A stretch of DNA of 64,000 nt from Eledone cirrhosa (GCA_964016885.1 OZ024758.1:34410001-34474000), one strand, 5' to 3'. Numbered from the stretch's first letter, positions 52,371-64,000 are shown. Numbers and translations: made by a program. The notes: a model not told the origin generated them from the sequence alone.

Positions 52371-55300
52371 ATGGTACTAGCTGTCAGAAGTAACTCCACT
52401 GTTGGTGAGAATTCATTTAAGTTCAAGGTATTAGCTGTCAGAAGTAACTCCACTGTTGGTGAGAATTCATTTAAGTCGTGGTATTAGCTGTCAGAAGTAA
52501 CTCCATTGTTGGTGAGAATTCATTTAAGTCATGGTACTAGCTGTCAGAAGTAACTCCACTGTTGGTGAGAATTCATTTAAGTTCATGGTACTAGCTGTCA
52601 GAAGTAACTCCAATGTTGGTGAGAATTCATTTAAGTTCACGGTATTAGCTGTCAGAAGTAACTCCACTGTTGGTGAGAATTCATTTAAGTTCATGGTACT
52701 AGCTGTCAGAAGTAACTCCACTGTTGGTGAGAATTCATTTAAGTTCATGGTATTAGCTGTCAGAAGTCACTCCAATGTTGGTGAGAATTCATTTAAGTTC
52801 ATGGTATTAGCTGTCAGAAGTCACTCCACTGTTGGTGAGAATTCATTTAAGTTCATGGTACTAGCTGTCAGAAGTAACCCCAATGTTGGTGAGAATTCAT
52901 TTAAGTTCATGGTATTAGCTGTCAGAAGTAACTCCACTGTTGGTGAGAATTCATTTAAGTTCAGAGTACTAGTTGTCAGAAGTAACTCCACTGTTGGTGA
53001 GAATTCATTTAAGTCATGGTACTAGCTGTCAGAAGTAACTCCACTGTTGGTGAGAATTCATTTAAGTTCATGGTATTAGCTGTCAGAAGGAACGCCACTG
53101 TTGGTGAGAATTCATTTAAGTTCATGGTATTAGCTGTCAGAAGTAACTCCACTGTTGGTGAGAATTCATTTAAGTTCATGGTACTAGCTGTCAGAAGTAA
53201 CTCCAATGTTGGTGAGAATTCATTTAAGTTCATGGTATTAGCTGTCAGAAGGAACTCCACTGTTGGTGAGAATTCATTTAAGTTCATGGTATTAGCTGTC
53301 AGAAGTAACTCCACTGTTGGTGAGAATTCATTTAAGTCATGGTATTAGCTGTCAGAAGTAACTCCATTGTTGGTGAGAATTCATTTAAGTCACGGTACTA
53401 GCTGTCAGAAGTAATTCCACTGTTGGTGAGAATTCATTTAAGTTCATGGTATTAGCTGTCAGAAGGAACGCCACAGTTGGTGAGAATTCATTTAGGTTCA
53501 TGGTATTAGCTGTCAGAAGTAACTCCACTGTTGGTGAGAATTCATTTAAGTTCATGGTACTAGCAGTCAGAAGTAACTCCACTGTTGGTGAGAATTCATT
53601 TAAGTTCATGGTATTAGTTTGTCAGAAGTAACTCCACTGTTGGTGAGAATTCATTTAAGTCATGGTATTAGTTGTCAGAAGTAACTCCAATGTTGGTGAG
53701 AATTCATTTAAGTTCATGGTATTAGCTGTCAGAAGTAACTCCACTGTTGGTGAGGATTCATTTAAGTTCATGGTATTAGTTTGTCAGAAGTAACTCCACT
53801 GTTGGTGAGAATTCATTTAAGTCATGGTATTAGTTGTCAGAAGTAACTCCAATGTTGGTGAGAATTCATTTAAGTCATGGTACTAGCTGTCAGAAGTAAC
53901 TCCAATGTTGGTGAGAATTCATTTAAGTTCATGGTATTAGCTGTCAGAAGTAACTCCACTGTTGGTGAGAATTCATTTAAGTTCATGGTATTAGCTGTCA
54001 GAAGTAACTCCAATGTTGGTGAGAATTCATTTAAGTCATGGTACTAGCTGTCAGAAGTAACTCCAATGTTGGTGAGAATTCATTTAAGTTCATGGTATTA
54101 GCTGTCAGAAGTAACTCCACTGTTGGTGAGAACTCATTTAAGTTCATGGTACTAGCTGTCAGAAGTAACCCCAATGTTGGTGAGAATTCATTTAAGTTCA
54201 TGGTATTAGCTGTCAGAAGTCACTCCAATATTGGTGATAATTCATTTAAGTTCATGGTATTAGCTGTCAGAAGTAACTCCACTGTTGGTGAGAATTCATT
54301 TAAGTTCATGTTATTAGCTGTCAAAAGTAACTCCACTGTTGGTGAGAATTCATTTAAGTTCATGGTATTAGCTGTCAGAAGTAACTCCACTGTTGGTGAG
54401 AATTCATTTAAGTTCATGGTACTAGCTGTCAGAAGTAACTCCACTGTTGGTGAGAATTCATTTAAGTTCATGGTACTAGTTGTCAGAAGTAACTCCACTG
54501 TTGGTGAGAATTCATTTAAGTTCATGGTATTAGTTGTCAGAAGTAACTCCACAGTTGGTGAGAATTCATTTAAGTCATGGTATTAGTTGTCAGAAGTAAC
54601 TCCAATGTTGGTGAGAATTCATTTAAGTTCATGGTACTAGCTGTCAGAAGTAACTCCACTGTTGGTGAGAATTCATTTAAGTTCATGGTATTAGCTGTCA
54701 GAAGTAACTCCACTGTTGGTGAGAATTCATTTAAGTCATGGTATTAGCTGTCAGAAGTAACTCCATTGTTGGTGAGAATTCATTTAAGTCATGGTACTAG
54801 CTGTCAGAAGTAACTCCACTGTTGGTGAGAAGTCATTTAAGTTCTTGGTATTAGCTGTCAGAAGGAACTCCACTGTTGGTGAGAATTCATTTAAGTTCAT
54901 GGTACTAGCTGTCAGAAGTAACTACACTGTTGGCGAGAATTCATTTAATTTCATGGTATTAGTTTGTCAGAAGTAACTCCACTGTTGGTGAGAATTCATT
55001 TAAGTCATGGTATTAGCTGTCAGAAGTAACTCCACTGTTGGTGAGAATTCATTTAAGTTCATGGTATTAGCTGTCAGAAGTAACTCCACTGTTGGTGAGA
55101 ATTCATTTAAGTTCATGGTATTAGCTGTCAGAAGTAACTCCACTGTTGGTGAGAATTCATTTAAGTTCATGGTACTAGCTGTCAGAAGTAACTCCACTGT
55201 TGCTGAGAATTCATTTAAGTTCATGGTATTAGCTGTCAGAAGTAACTCCAATGTTGGTGAGAATTCATTTAAGTTCATGGTATTAGCTGTCAGAAGTCAC

Positions 55301-58300
55301 TCCACTGTTGGTGAGAATTCATTTAAGTTCATGGTACTAGCTGTCAGAAGTAACCCCAATGTTGGTGAGAATTCATTTAAGTTCATGGTATTAGCTGTCA
55401 GAAGTCACTCCAGTGTTGGTGAGAATTCATTTAAGTTCATGGTATTAGCTGTCAGAAGTAACTCCACTGTTGGTGAGAATTCATTTAAGTTCATGGTATT
55501 AGCTGTCAGAAGTAACTCCAATGTTGGTGAGAATTCATTTAAGTTCATGGTACTAGCTGTCAGAAGTAACTCCACTGTTGGTGAGAATTCATTTAAGTTC
55601 ATGGTATTAGCTGTCAGAAGTAACTCCACTGTTGGTGAGAATTCATTTAAGTCATGGTATTAGCTGTCAGAAGTAACTCTATTGTTGGTGAGAATTCATT
55701 TAAGTTCATGGTACTAGCTGTCAGAAGTAACTCCACTGTTGGTGAGAGTTCATTCAAGTTCATGGTATTAGCTGTCAGAAGTAACTCCAATGTTGGTGAG
55801 AATTCATTTAAGTTCATAGTATTAGCTGTCAGAAGTAACTCCACTGTTGGTGAGAATTCATTTAAGTTCATGGTATTAGCTGTCAGAAGTAACTCCACTG
55901 TTGGTGAGAATTCATTTAAGTTCATGGTACTAGCTGTCAGAAGTAACTCCACTGTTGGTGAGAATTCATTTAAGTTCATGGTATTAGTTTGTCAGAAGTA
56001 ACTCCACTGTTGGTGAGAATTCATTTAAGTCATGGTATTAGTTGTCAGAAGTAACTCCAATGTTGGTGAGAATTCATTTAAGTTCATGGTACTAGCTGTC
56101 AGAAGTAACTCCACTGTTGGTGAGAATTCATTTAAGTTCATGGTATTAGCTGTCAGAAGTAACTCCACTGTTGGTGAGAATTCATTTAAGTTCATGGTAC
56201 TAGCTGTCAGAAGTAACTCCACTGTTGGTGAGAATTCATTTAAGTTCATGGTATTAGTTTGTCAGAAGTAACTCCACTGTTGGTGAGAATTCATTTAAGT
56301 CATGGTATTAGTTGTCAGAAGTAACTCCAATGTTGGTGAGAATTCATTTAAGTTCATGGTACTAGCTGTCAGAAGTAACTCCACTGTTGGTGAGAATTCA
56401 TTTAAGTTCAAGGTATTAGCTGTCAGAAGTAACTCCACTGTTGGTGAGAATTCATTTAAGTCGTGGTATTAGCTGTCAGAAGTAACTCCATTGTTGGTGA
56501 GAATTCATTTAAGTCATGGTACTAGCTGTCAGAAGTAACTCCACTGTTGGTGAGAATTCATTTAAGTTCATGGTACTAGCTGTCAGAAGTAACTCCAATG
56601 TTGGTGAGAATTCATTTAAGTTCACGGTATTAGCTGTCAGAAGTAACTCCACTGTTGGTGAGAATTCATTTAAGTTCATGGTACTAGCTGTCAGAAGTAA
56701 CTCCACTGTTGGTGAGAATTCATTTAAGTTCATGGTATTAGCTGTCAGAAGTCACTCCAATGTTGGTGAGAATTCATTTAAGTTCATGGTATTAGCTGTC
56801 AGAAGTCACTCCACTGTTGGTGAGAATTCATTTAAGTTCATGGTACTAGCTGTCAGAAGTAACCCCAATGTTGGTGAGAATTCATTTAAGTTCATGGTAT
56901 TAGCTGTCAGAAGTAACTCCACTGTTGGTGAGAATTCATTTAAGTTCAGAGTACTAGTTGTCAGAAGTAACTCCACTGTTGGTGAGAATTCATTTAAGTC
57001 ATGGTACTAGCTGTCAGAAGTAACTCCACTGTTGGTGAGAATTCATTTAAGTTCATGGTATTAGCTGTCAGAAGGAACGCCACTGTTGGTGAGAATTCAT
57101 TTAAGTTCATGGTATTAGCTGTCAGAAGTAACTCCACTGTTGGTGAGAATTCATTTAAGTTCATGGTACTAGCTGTCAGAAGTAACTCCAATGTTGGTGA
57201 GAATTCATTTAAGTTCATGGTATTAGCTGTCAGAAGGAACTCCACTGTTGGTGAGAATTCATTTAAGTTCATGGTATTAGCTGTCAGAAGTAACTCCACT
57301 GTTGGTGAGAATTCATTTAAGTCATGGTATTAGCTGTCAGAAGTAACTCCATTGTTGGTGAGAATTCATTTAAGTCACGGTACTAGCTGTCAGAAGTAAT
57401 TCCACTGTTGGTGAGAATTCATTTAAGTTCATGGTATTAGCTGTCAGAAGGAACGCCACAGTTGGTGAGAATTCATTTAGGTTCATGGTATTAGCTGTCA
57501 GAAGTAACTCCACTGTTGGTGAGAATTCATTTAAGTTCATGGTACTAGCAGTCAGAAGTAACTCCACTGTTGGTGAGAATTCATTTAAGTTCATGGTATT
57601 AGTTTGTCAGAAGTAACTCCACTGTTGGTGAGAATTCATTTAAGTCATGGTATTAGTTGTCAGAAGTAACTCCAATGTTGGTGAGAATTCATTTAAGTTC
57701 ATGGTATTAGCTGTCAGAAGTAACTCCACTGTTGGTGAGGATTCATTTAAGTTCATGGTATTAGTTTGTCAGAAGTAACTCCACTGTTGGTGAGAATTCA
57801 TTTAAGTCATGGTATTAGTTGTCAGAAGTAACTCCAATGTTGGTGAGAATTCATTTAAGTCATGGTACTAGCTGTCAGAAGTAACTCCAATGTTGGTGAG
57901 AATTCATTTAAGTTCATGGTATTAGCTGTCAGAAGTAACTCCACTGTTGGTGAGAATTCATTTAAGTTCATGGTATTAGCTGTCAGAAGTAACTCCAATG
58001 TTGGTGAGAATTCATTTAAGTCATGGTACTAGCTGTCAGAAGTAACTCCAATGTTGGTGAGAATTCATTTAAGTTCATGGTATTAGCTGTCAGAAGTAAC
58101 TCCACTGTTGGTGAGAACTCATTTAAGTTCATGGTACTAGCTGTCAGAAGTAACCCCAATGTTGGTGAGAATTCATTTAAGTTCATGGTATTAGCTGTCA
58201 GAAGTCACTCCAATATTGGTGATAATTCATTTAAGTTCATGGTATTAGCTGTCAGAAGTAACTCCACTGTTGGTGAGAATTCATTTAAGTTCATGTTATT

Positions 58301-59490
58301 AGCTGTCAAAAGTAACTCCACTGTTGGTGAGAATTCATTTAAGTTCATGGTATTAGCTGTCAGAAGTAACTCCACTGTTGGTGAGAATTCATTTAAGTTC
58401 ATGGTACTAGCTGTCAGAAGTAACTCCACTGTTGGTGAGAATTCATTTAAGTTCATGGTACTAGTTGTCAGAAGTAACTCCACTGTTGGTGAGAATTCAT
58501 TTAAGTTCATGGTATTAGTTGTCAGAAGTAACTCCACAGTTGGTGAGAATTCATTTAAGTCATGGTATTAGTTGTCAGAAGTAACTCCAATGTTGGTGAG
58601 AATTCATTTAAGTTCATGGTACTAGCTGTCAGAAGTAACTCCACTGTTGGTGAGAATTCATTTAAGTTCATGGTATTAGCTGTCAGAAGTAACTCCACTG
58701 TTGGTGAGAATTCATTTAAGTCATGGTATTAGCTGTCAGAAGTAACTCCATTGTTGGTGAGAATTCATTTAAGTCATGGTACTAGCTGTCAGAAGTAACT
58801 CCACTGTTGGTGAGAAGTCATTTAAGTTCTTGGTATTAGCTGTCAGAAGGAACTCCACTGTTGGTGAGAATTCATTTAAGTTCATGGTACTAGCTGTCAG
58901 AAGTAACTACACTGTTGGCGAGAATTCATTTAATTTCATGGTATTAGTTTGTCAGAAGTAACTCCACTGTTGGTGAGAATTCATTTAAGTCATGGTATTA
59001 GCTGTCAGAAGTAACTCCACTGTTGGTGAGAATTCATTTAAGTTCATGGTATTAGCTGTCAGAAGTAACTCCACTGTTGGTGAGAATTCATTTAAGTTCA
59101 TGGTATTAGCTGTCAGAAGTAACTCCACTGTTGGTGAGAATTCATTTAAGTTCATGGTACTAGCTGTCAGAAGTAACTCCACTGTTGCTGAGAATTCATT
59201 TAAGTTCATGGTATTAGCTGTCAGAAGTAACTCCAATGTTGGTGAGAATTCATTTAAGTTCATGGTATTAGCTGTCAGAAGTCACTCCACTGTTGGTGAG
59301 AATTCATTTAAGTTCATGGTACTAGCTGTCAGAAGTAACCCCAATGTTGGTGAGAATTCATTTAAGTTCATGGTATTAGCTGTCAGAAGTCACTCCAGTG
59401 TTGGTGAGAATTCATTTAAGTTCATGGTATTAGCTGTCAGAAGTAACTCCACTGTTGGTGAGAATTCATTTAAGTTCATGGTATTAGCTG
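51520..59490. repeat. Tandem duplication of a 3985-bp (74-monomer) unit
   Basis: Eight ORF pairs sit at +3985 (51669/55654 through 55007/58992). The variants TTTAGGTTC, GAGAACTC and CATGTTATTA were seen only in these two copies. Confidence 0.94.
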
Positions 59491-62400
59491 TCAGAAGTAA
59501 CTCCACTGTTGGTGAGAATTCATTTAAGTTCATGGTATTAGCTGTCAGAAGTAACTCCACTGTTGGTGAGAATTCATTTAAGTTCATGGTATTAGCTGTC
59601 AGAAGGAACTCCAATGTTGGTGAGAATTCATTTAAGTCATGGTACTAGCTGTCAGAAGTAACTCCACTGTTAGTGAGAATTCATTTAAGTCATGGTACTA
59701 GCTGTCAGAAGTAACTCCACTGTTGGTGAGAATTCATTTAAGTTCATGGTATTAGCTGTTAGAAGGAACGCCACTGTTGGTGAGAATACATTTAAGTTCA
59801 TGGTATTAGCTGTCAGAAGTAACTCCACTGTTGGTGAGAATTCATTTAAGTTCATGGTATTAGCTGTCAGAAGGAACTCCACTGTTGGTGAGAATTCATT
59901 TAAGTTCATGGTATTAGCTGTCAGAAGTAACTCCACTGTTGGTGAGAATTCATTTAAGTTCATGGTACTAGTTGTCAGAAGTAACTCCACTGTTGGTGAG
60001 AATTCATTTAAGTTCAGGGTATTAGTTGTCAGAAGTAACTCCACTGTTGGTGAGAATTCATTTAAGTCATGGTATTAGTTGTCAGAATTAAACTCCAATG
60101 TTGGTGAGAATTCATTTAAGTTCATGGTATTAGCTGTCAGAAGTAACTCCACTGTTGGTGAGAATTCGTTTAAGTTCATGGTACTAGCTGTCAGAAGTAC
60201 CTCCACTGTTGGTGAGAATTCATTTAAGTTCATGGTACTAGCTGTCAGAAGTCACTCCAATGTTGGTGAGAATTCATTTAAGTTCATGGTATTAGCTGTC
60301 AGAAGTCACTCCACTGTTGGTGAGAATTCATTTAAGTTCATGGTACTAGCTGTCAGAAGTAACCCCAATGTTGGTGAGAATTCATTTAAGTTCATGGTAT
60401 TAGCTGTCAGAAGTCACTCCAGTGTTGGTGAGAATTCATTTAAGTTCATGGTATTAGCTGTCAGAAGTAACTCCACTGTTGGTGAGAATTCATTTAAGTT
60501 CATGGTATTAGCTGTCAGAAGTAACTCCACTGTTGGTGAGAATTCATTTAAGTTCATGGTATTAGCTGTCAGAAGGAACTCCAATGTTGGTGAGAATTCA
60601 TTTAAGTCATGGTACTAGCTGTCAGAAGTAACTCCACTGTTGGTGAGGATTCATTTAAGTTCATGGTATTAGTTTGTCAGAAGTAACTCCACTGTTGGTG
60701 AGAATTCATTTAAGTCATGGTATTAGTTGTCAGAAGTAACTCCAATGTTGGTGAGAATTCATTTAAGTCATGGTACTAGCTGTCAGAAGTAACTCCAATG
60801 TTGGTGAGAATTCATTTAAGTTCATGGTATTAGCTGTCAGAAGTAACTCCACTGTTGGTGAGAATTCATTTAAGTTCATGGTATTAGCTGTCAGAAGTAA
60901 CTCCAATGTTGGTGAGAATTCATTTAAGTCATGGTACTAGCTGTCAGAAGTAACTCCAATGTTGGTGAGAATTCATTTAAGTTCATGGTATTAGCTGTCA
61001 GAAGTAACTCCACTGTTGGTGAGAATTCATTTAAGTTCATGGTACTAGTTGTCAGAAGTAACTCCACTGTTGGTGAGAATTCATTTAAGTTCATGGTATT
61101 AGTTGTCAGAAGTAACTCCACTGTTGGTGAGAATTCATTTAAGTCATGGTATTAGTTGTCAGAAGTAACTCCAATGTTGGTGAGAATTCATTTAAGTTCA
61201 TGGTACTAGCTGTCAGAAGTAACTCCACTGTTGGTGAGAATTCATTTAAGTTCATGGTATTAGCTGTCAGAAGTAACTCCACTGTTGGTGAGAATTCATT
61301 TAAGTCATGGTATTAGCTGTCAGAAGTAACTCCATTGTTGGTGAGAATTCATTTAAGTCATGGTACTAGCTGTCAGAAGTAACTCCACTGTTGGTGAGAA
61401 GTCATTTAAGTTCTTGGTATTAGCTGTCAGAAGGAACTCCACTGTTGGTGAGAATTCATTTAAGTTCATGGTACTAGCTGTCAGAAGTAACTACACTGTT
61501 GGCGAGAATTCATTTAATTTCATGGTATTAGTTTGTCAGAAGTAACTCCACTGTTGGTGAGAATTCATTTAAGTCATGGTATTAGCTGTCAGAAGTAACT
61601 CCAATGTTGGTGAGAATTCATTTAAGTTCATGGTATTAGCTGTCAGAAGTAACTCCACTGTTGCTGAGAATTCATTTAAGTTCATGGTATTAGCTGTCAG
61701 AAGTAACTCCACTGTTGGTGAGAATTCATTTAAGTTCATGGTACTAGCTGTCAGAAGTAACTCCACTGTTGCTGAGAATTCATTTAAGTTCATGGTATTA
61801 GCTGTCAGAAGTAACTCCAATGTTGGTGAGAATTCATTTAAGTTCATGGTATTAGCTGTCAGAAGTAACTCCACTGTTGGTGAGAATTCATTTAAGTTCA
61901 TGGTACTAGCTGTCAGAAGTAACTCCACTGTTGGTGAGAATTCATTTTAGTTCATGGTATTAGCTGTCAGAAGTCACTCCAATGTTGGTGAGAATTCATT
62001 TAAGTTCATGGTATTAGCTGTCAGAAGTCACTCCACTGTTGGTGAGAATTCATTTAAGTTCATGGTACTAGCTGTCAGAAGTAACCCCAATGTTGGTGAG
62101 AATTCATTTAAGTTCATGGTATTAGCTGTCAGAAGTCACTCCAGTGTTGGTGAGAATTCATTTAAGTTCATGGTATTAGCTGTCAGAAGTAACTCCACTG
62201 TTGGTGAGAATTCATTTAAGTTCATGGTATTAGCTGTCAGAAGTAACTCCACTGTTGGTGAGAATTCATTTAAGTTCATGGTATTAGCTGTCAGAAGGAA
62301 CTCCAATGTTGGTGAGAATTCATTTAAGTCATGGTTCTAGCTGTCAGAAGTAACTCCACTGTTAGTGAGAATTCATTTAAGTCATGGTACTAGCTGTCAG

Positions 62401-64000
62401 AAGTAACTCCACTGTTGGTGAGAATTCATTTAAGTTCATGGTATTAGCTGTCAGAAGGAACGCCACTGTTGGTGAGAATACATTTAAGTTCATGGTATTA
62501 GCTGTCAGAAGTAACTCCACTGTTGGTGAGAATTCATTTAAGTTCATGGTATTAGCTGTCAGAAGGAACTCCACTGTTGGTGAGAATTCATTTAAGTTCA
62601 TGGTATTAGCTGTCAGAAGTAACTCCACTGTTGGTGAGAATTCATTTAAGTTCATGGTACTAGTTGTCAGAAGTAACTCCACTGTTGGTGAGAATTCATT
62701 TAAGTTCATGGTATTAGTTGTCAGAAGTAACTCCACTGTTGGTGAGAATTCATTTAAGTCATGGTATTAGTTGTCAGAAGTAACTCCAATGTTGGTGAGA
62801 ATTCATTTAAGTTCATGGTACTAGCTGTCAGAAGTAACTCCACTGTTGGTGAGAATTCATTTAAGTTCATGGTATTAGCTGTCAGAAGTAACTCCACTGT
62901 TGGTGAGAATTCATTTAAGTCATGGTACTAGCTGTCAGAAGTAACTCCACTGTTGGTGAGAAGTCATTTAAGTTCATGGTATTAGCTGTCAGAAGGAACT
63001 CCACTGTTGGTGAGAATTCATTTAAGTTCATGGTATTAGTTTGTCAGAAGTAACTCCACTGTTGGTGAGAATTCATTTAAGTCATGGTATTAGCTGTCAG
63101 AAGTAACTCCAATGTTGGTGAGAATTCATTTAAGTTCATGGTATTAGCTGTCAGAAGTAACTCCACTGTTGGTGAGAATTCATTTAAGTTCATGGTATTA
63201 GCTGTCAGAAGTAACTCCACTGTTGGTGAGAATTCATTTAAGTTCATGGTATTAGCTGTCAGAAGTCACTCCACTGTTGGTGAGAATTCATTTAAGTTCA
63301 TGGTACTAGCTGTCAGAAGTAACCCCAATGTTGGTGAGAATTCATTTAAGTTCATGGTATTAGCTGTCAGAAGTCACTCCAGTGTTGGTGAGAATTCATT
63401 TAAGTTCATGGTATTAGCTGTCAGAAGTAACTCCACTGTTGGTGAGAATTCATTTAAGTTCATGGTATTAGCTGTCAGAAGTAACTCCACTGTTGGTGAG
63501 AATTCATTTAAGTTCATGGTATTAGCTGTCAGAAGGAACTCCAATGTTGGTGAGAATTCATTTAAGTCATGGTACTAGCTGTCAGAAGTAACTCCACTGT
63601 TAGTGAGAATTCATTTAAGTTCATGGTATTAGCTGTCAGAAGGAACTCCACTGTTGGTGAGAATTCATTTAAGTTCATGGTATTAGCTGTCAGAAGGAAC
63701 TCCAATGTTGGTGAGAATACATTTAAGTCATGGTACTAGCTGTCAGAAGTAAATCCACTGTTGGTGAGAATTCATTTAAGTTCATGGTATTAGCTGTCAG
63801 AAGTAACTCCACTGTTGGTGAGAATTCATTTAAGTTCATGGTATTAGCTGTCAGAAGTAACACCACTGTTGGTGAGAATTCATTTAAGTTCATGGTATTA
63901 GCTGTCAGAAGGAACTCCAATGTTGGTGAGAATTCATTTAAGTCATGGTACTAGCTGTCAGAAGTAACTCCACTGTTAGTGAGAATTCATTTAAGTTCAT
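53009..64000. repeat. Long-range recurrence of the 19.4-27 kb monomer order (offset 33,644 for 53.0-55.3 kb; ~36.9-37.8 kb for 57.0-64.0 kb)
   Basis: ORF pairs 19372/53016, 19802/53446, 20394/54038 and 21147/54791 (+33644); 21901/59692 (+37791); 24377/61360 and 24971/61954 (+36983); 25455/62384, 26155/63084 and 26801/63730 (+36929). The markers AGTACCTCC (~22946/~60199) and ATGGTTCTAG (~25406/~62335) were each seen in only these two places. Confidence 0.88.

Larger units (their letters stand above)
1..64000. repeat. Tandem satellite DNA array, 54-bp monomer (frequent 53-bp variants), ~1,190 copies, single orientation, extends beyond both window ends
   Basis: CATGGTA(T/C)TAGCTGTCAGAAGTAACTCCA(C/A)TGTTGGTGAGAATTCATTTAAGTT recurs at 1, 55, 109, 163 and onward to the end with no unique sequence. 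The ORF track shows only the 18-aa repeat MVLAVRSNSTVGENSFKF and its reverse-strand counterpart. Mean period is about 53.8 bp (e.g. 5381 bp/100 units, 3985 bp/74 units). Confidence 0.99.

Noticed and set aside
696-63920. Minus-strand ORFs encoding (MNLNEFSPTVELLLTANT)n
   Set aside because: Same periodicity artefact. The TCAC variant introduces stops and the indels break the frame. The Leu/Asn content only superficially resembles a leucine-rich repeat.
2-63954. Plus-strand ORFs encoding (MVLAVRSNSTVGENSFKF)n, up to 403 aa (4418-5629, 9799-11010)
   Set aside because: They follow from a 54-bp stop-free frame. 53-bp monomers frameshift them every few units, there are no unique N- or C-terminal domains, and the common variants include many non-synonymous, nonsense or frameshifting changes.
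1-64000. CRISPR array or other repeat-spacer/cassette system
   Set aside because: There are no unique spacers. The variable positions are a few recurring SNVs in a fully repeated unit, and no cas, recombinase or reverse transcriptase genes are present.
1-64000. Variant order as an information-bearing code or programmed frameshift/phase-variation system
   Set aside because: The order is adequately explained by nested duplications and deletions. No reader, promoter or expression locus is visible.
1-64000. Tandem tRNA, 5S, snRNA or spliced-leader RNA genes, or telomeric repeat
   Set aside because: The unit is too short, with no cloverleaf or recognisable structured-RNA sequence, and no short G-rich telomere motif.

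Overview
The whole 64-kb window is one uninterrupted head-to-tail satellite array of a 54-bp monomer (consensus CATGGTAYTAGCTGTCAGAAGTAACTCCAMTGTTGGTGAGAATTCATTTAAGTT, about 37% GC, no CpG, one EcoRI site per unit). It holds about 1,190 copies in one orientation and runs off both ends of the window. I see no genes, transposons, RNA genes or CRISPR spacers. All listed ORFs arise because 54 is divisible by 3, and recurrent 53-bp monomers break them. The informative structure lies in the order of monomer variants. There is no single fixed higher-order repeat (HOR). Instead there are nested, in-register block duplications with offsets of about 108, 161, 1181, 1670, 1886, 2424, 2688, 3985, 4522, 5118/5381, 5490, 14,050 and 33,644-37,800 bp, plus regional variant domains. 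I cannot assign the monomer to a named satellite family or species. A eukaryotic centromeric, pericentromeric or other heterochromatic location is an inference only. I found no evidence for a novel protein-coding system. Block boundaries were read by eye and from ORF-track offsets and are approximate to a few monomers.
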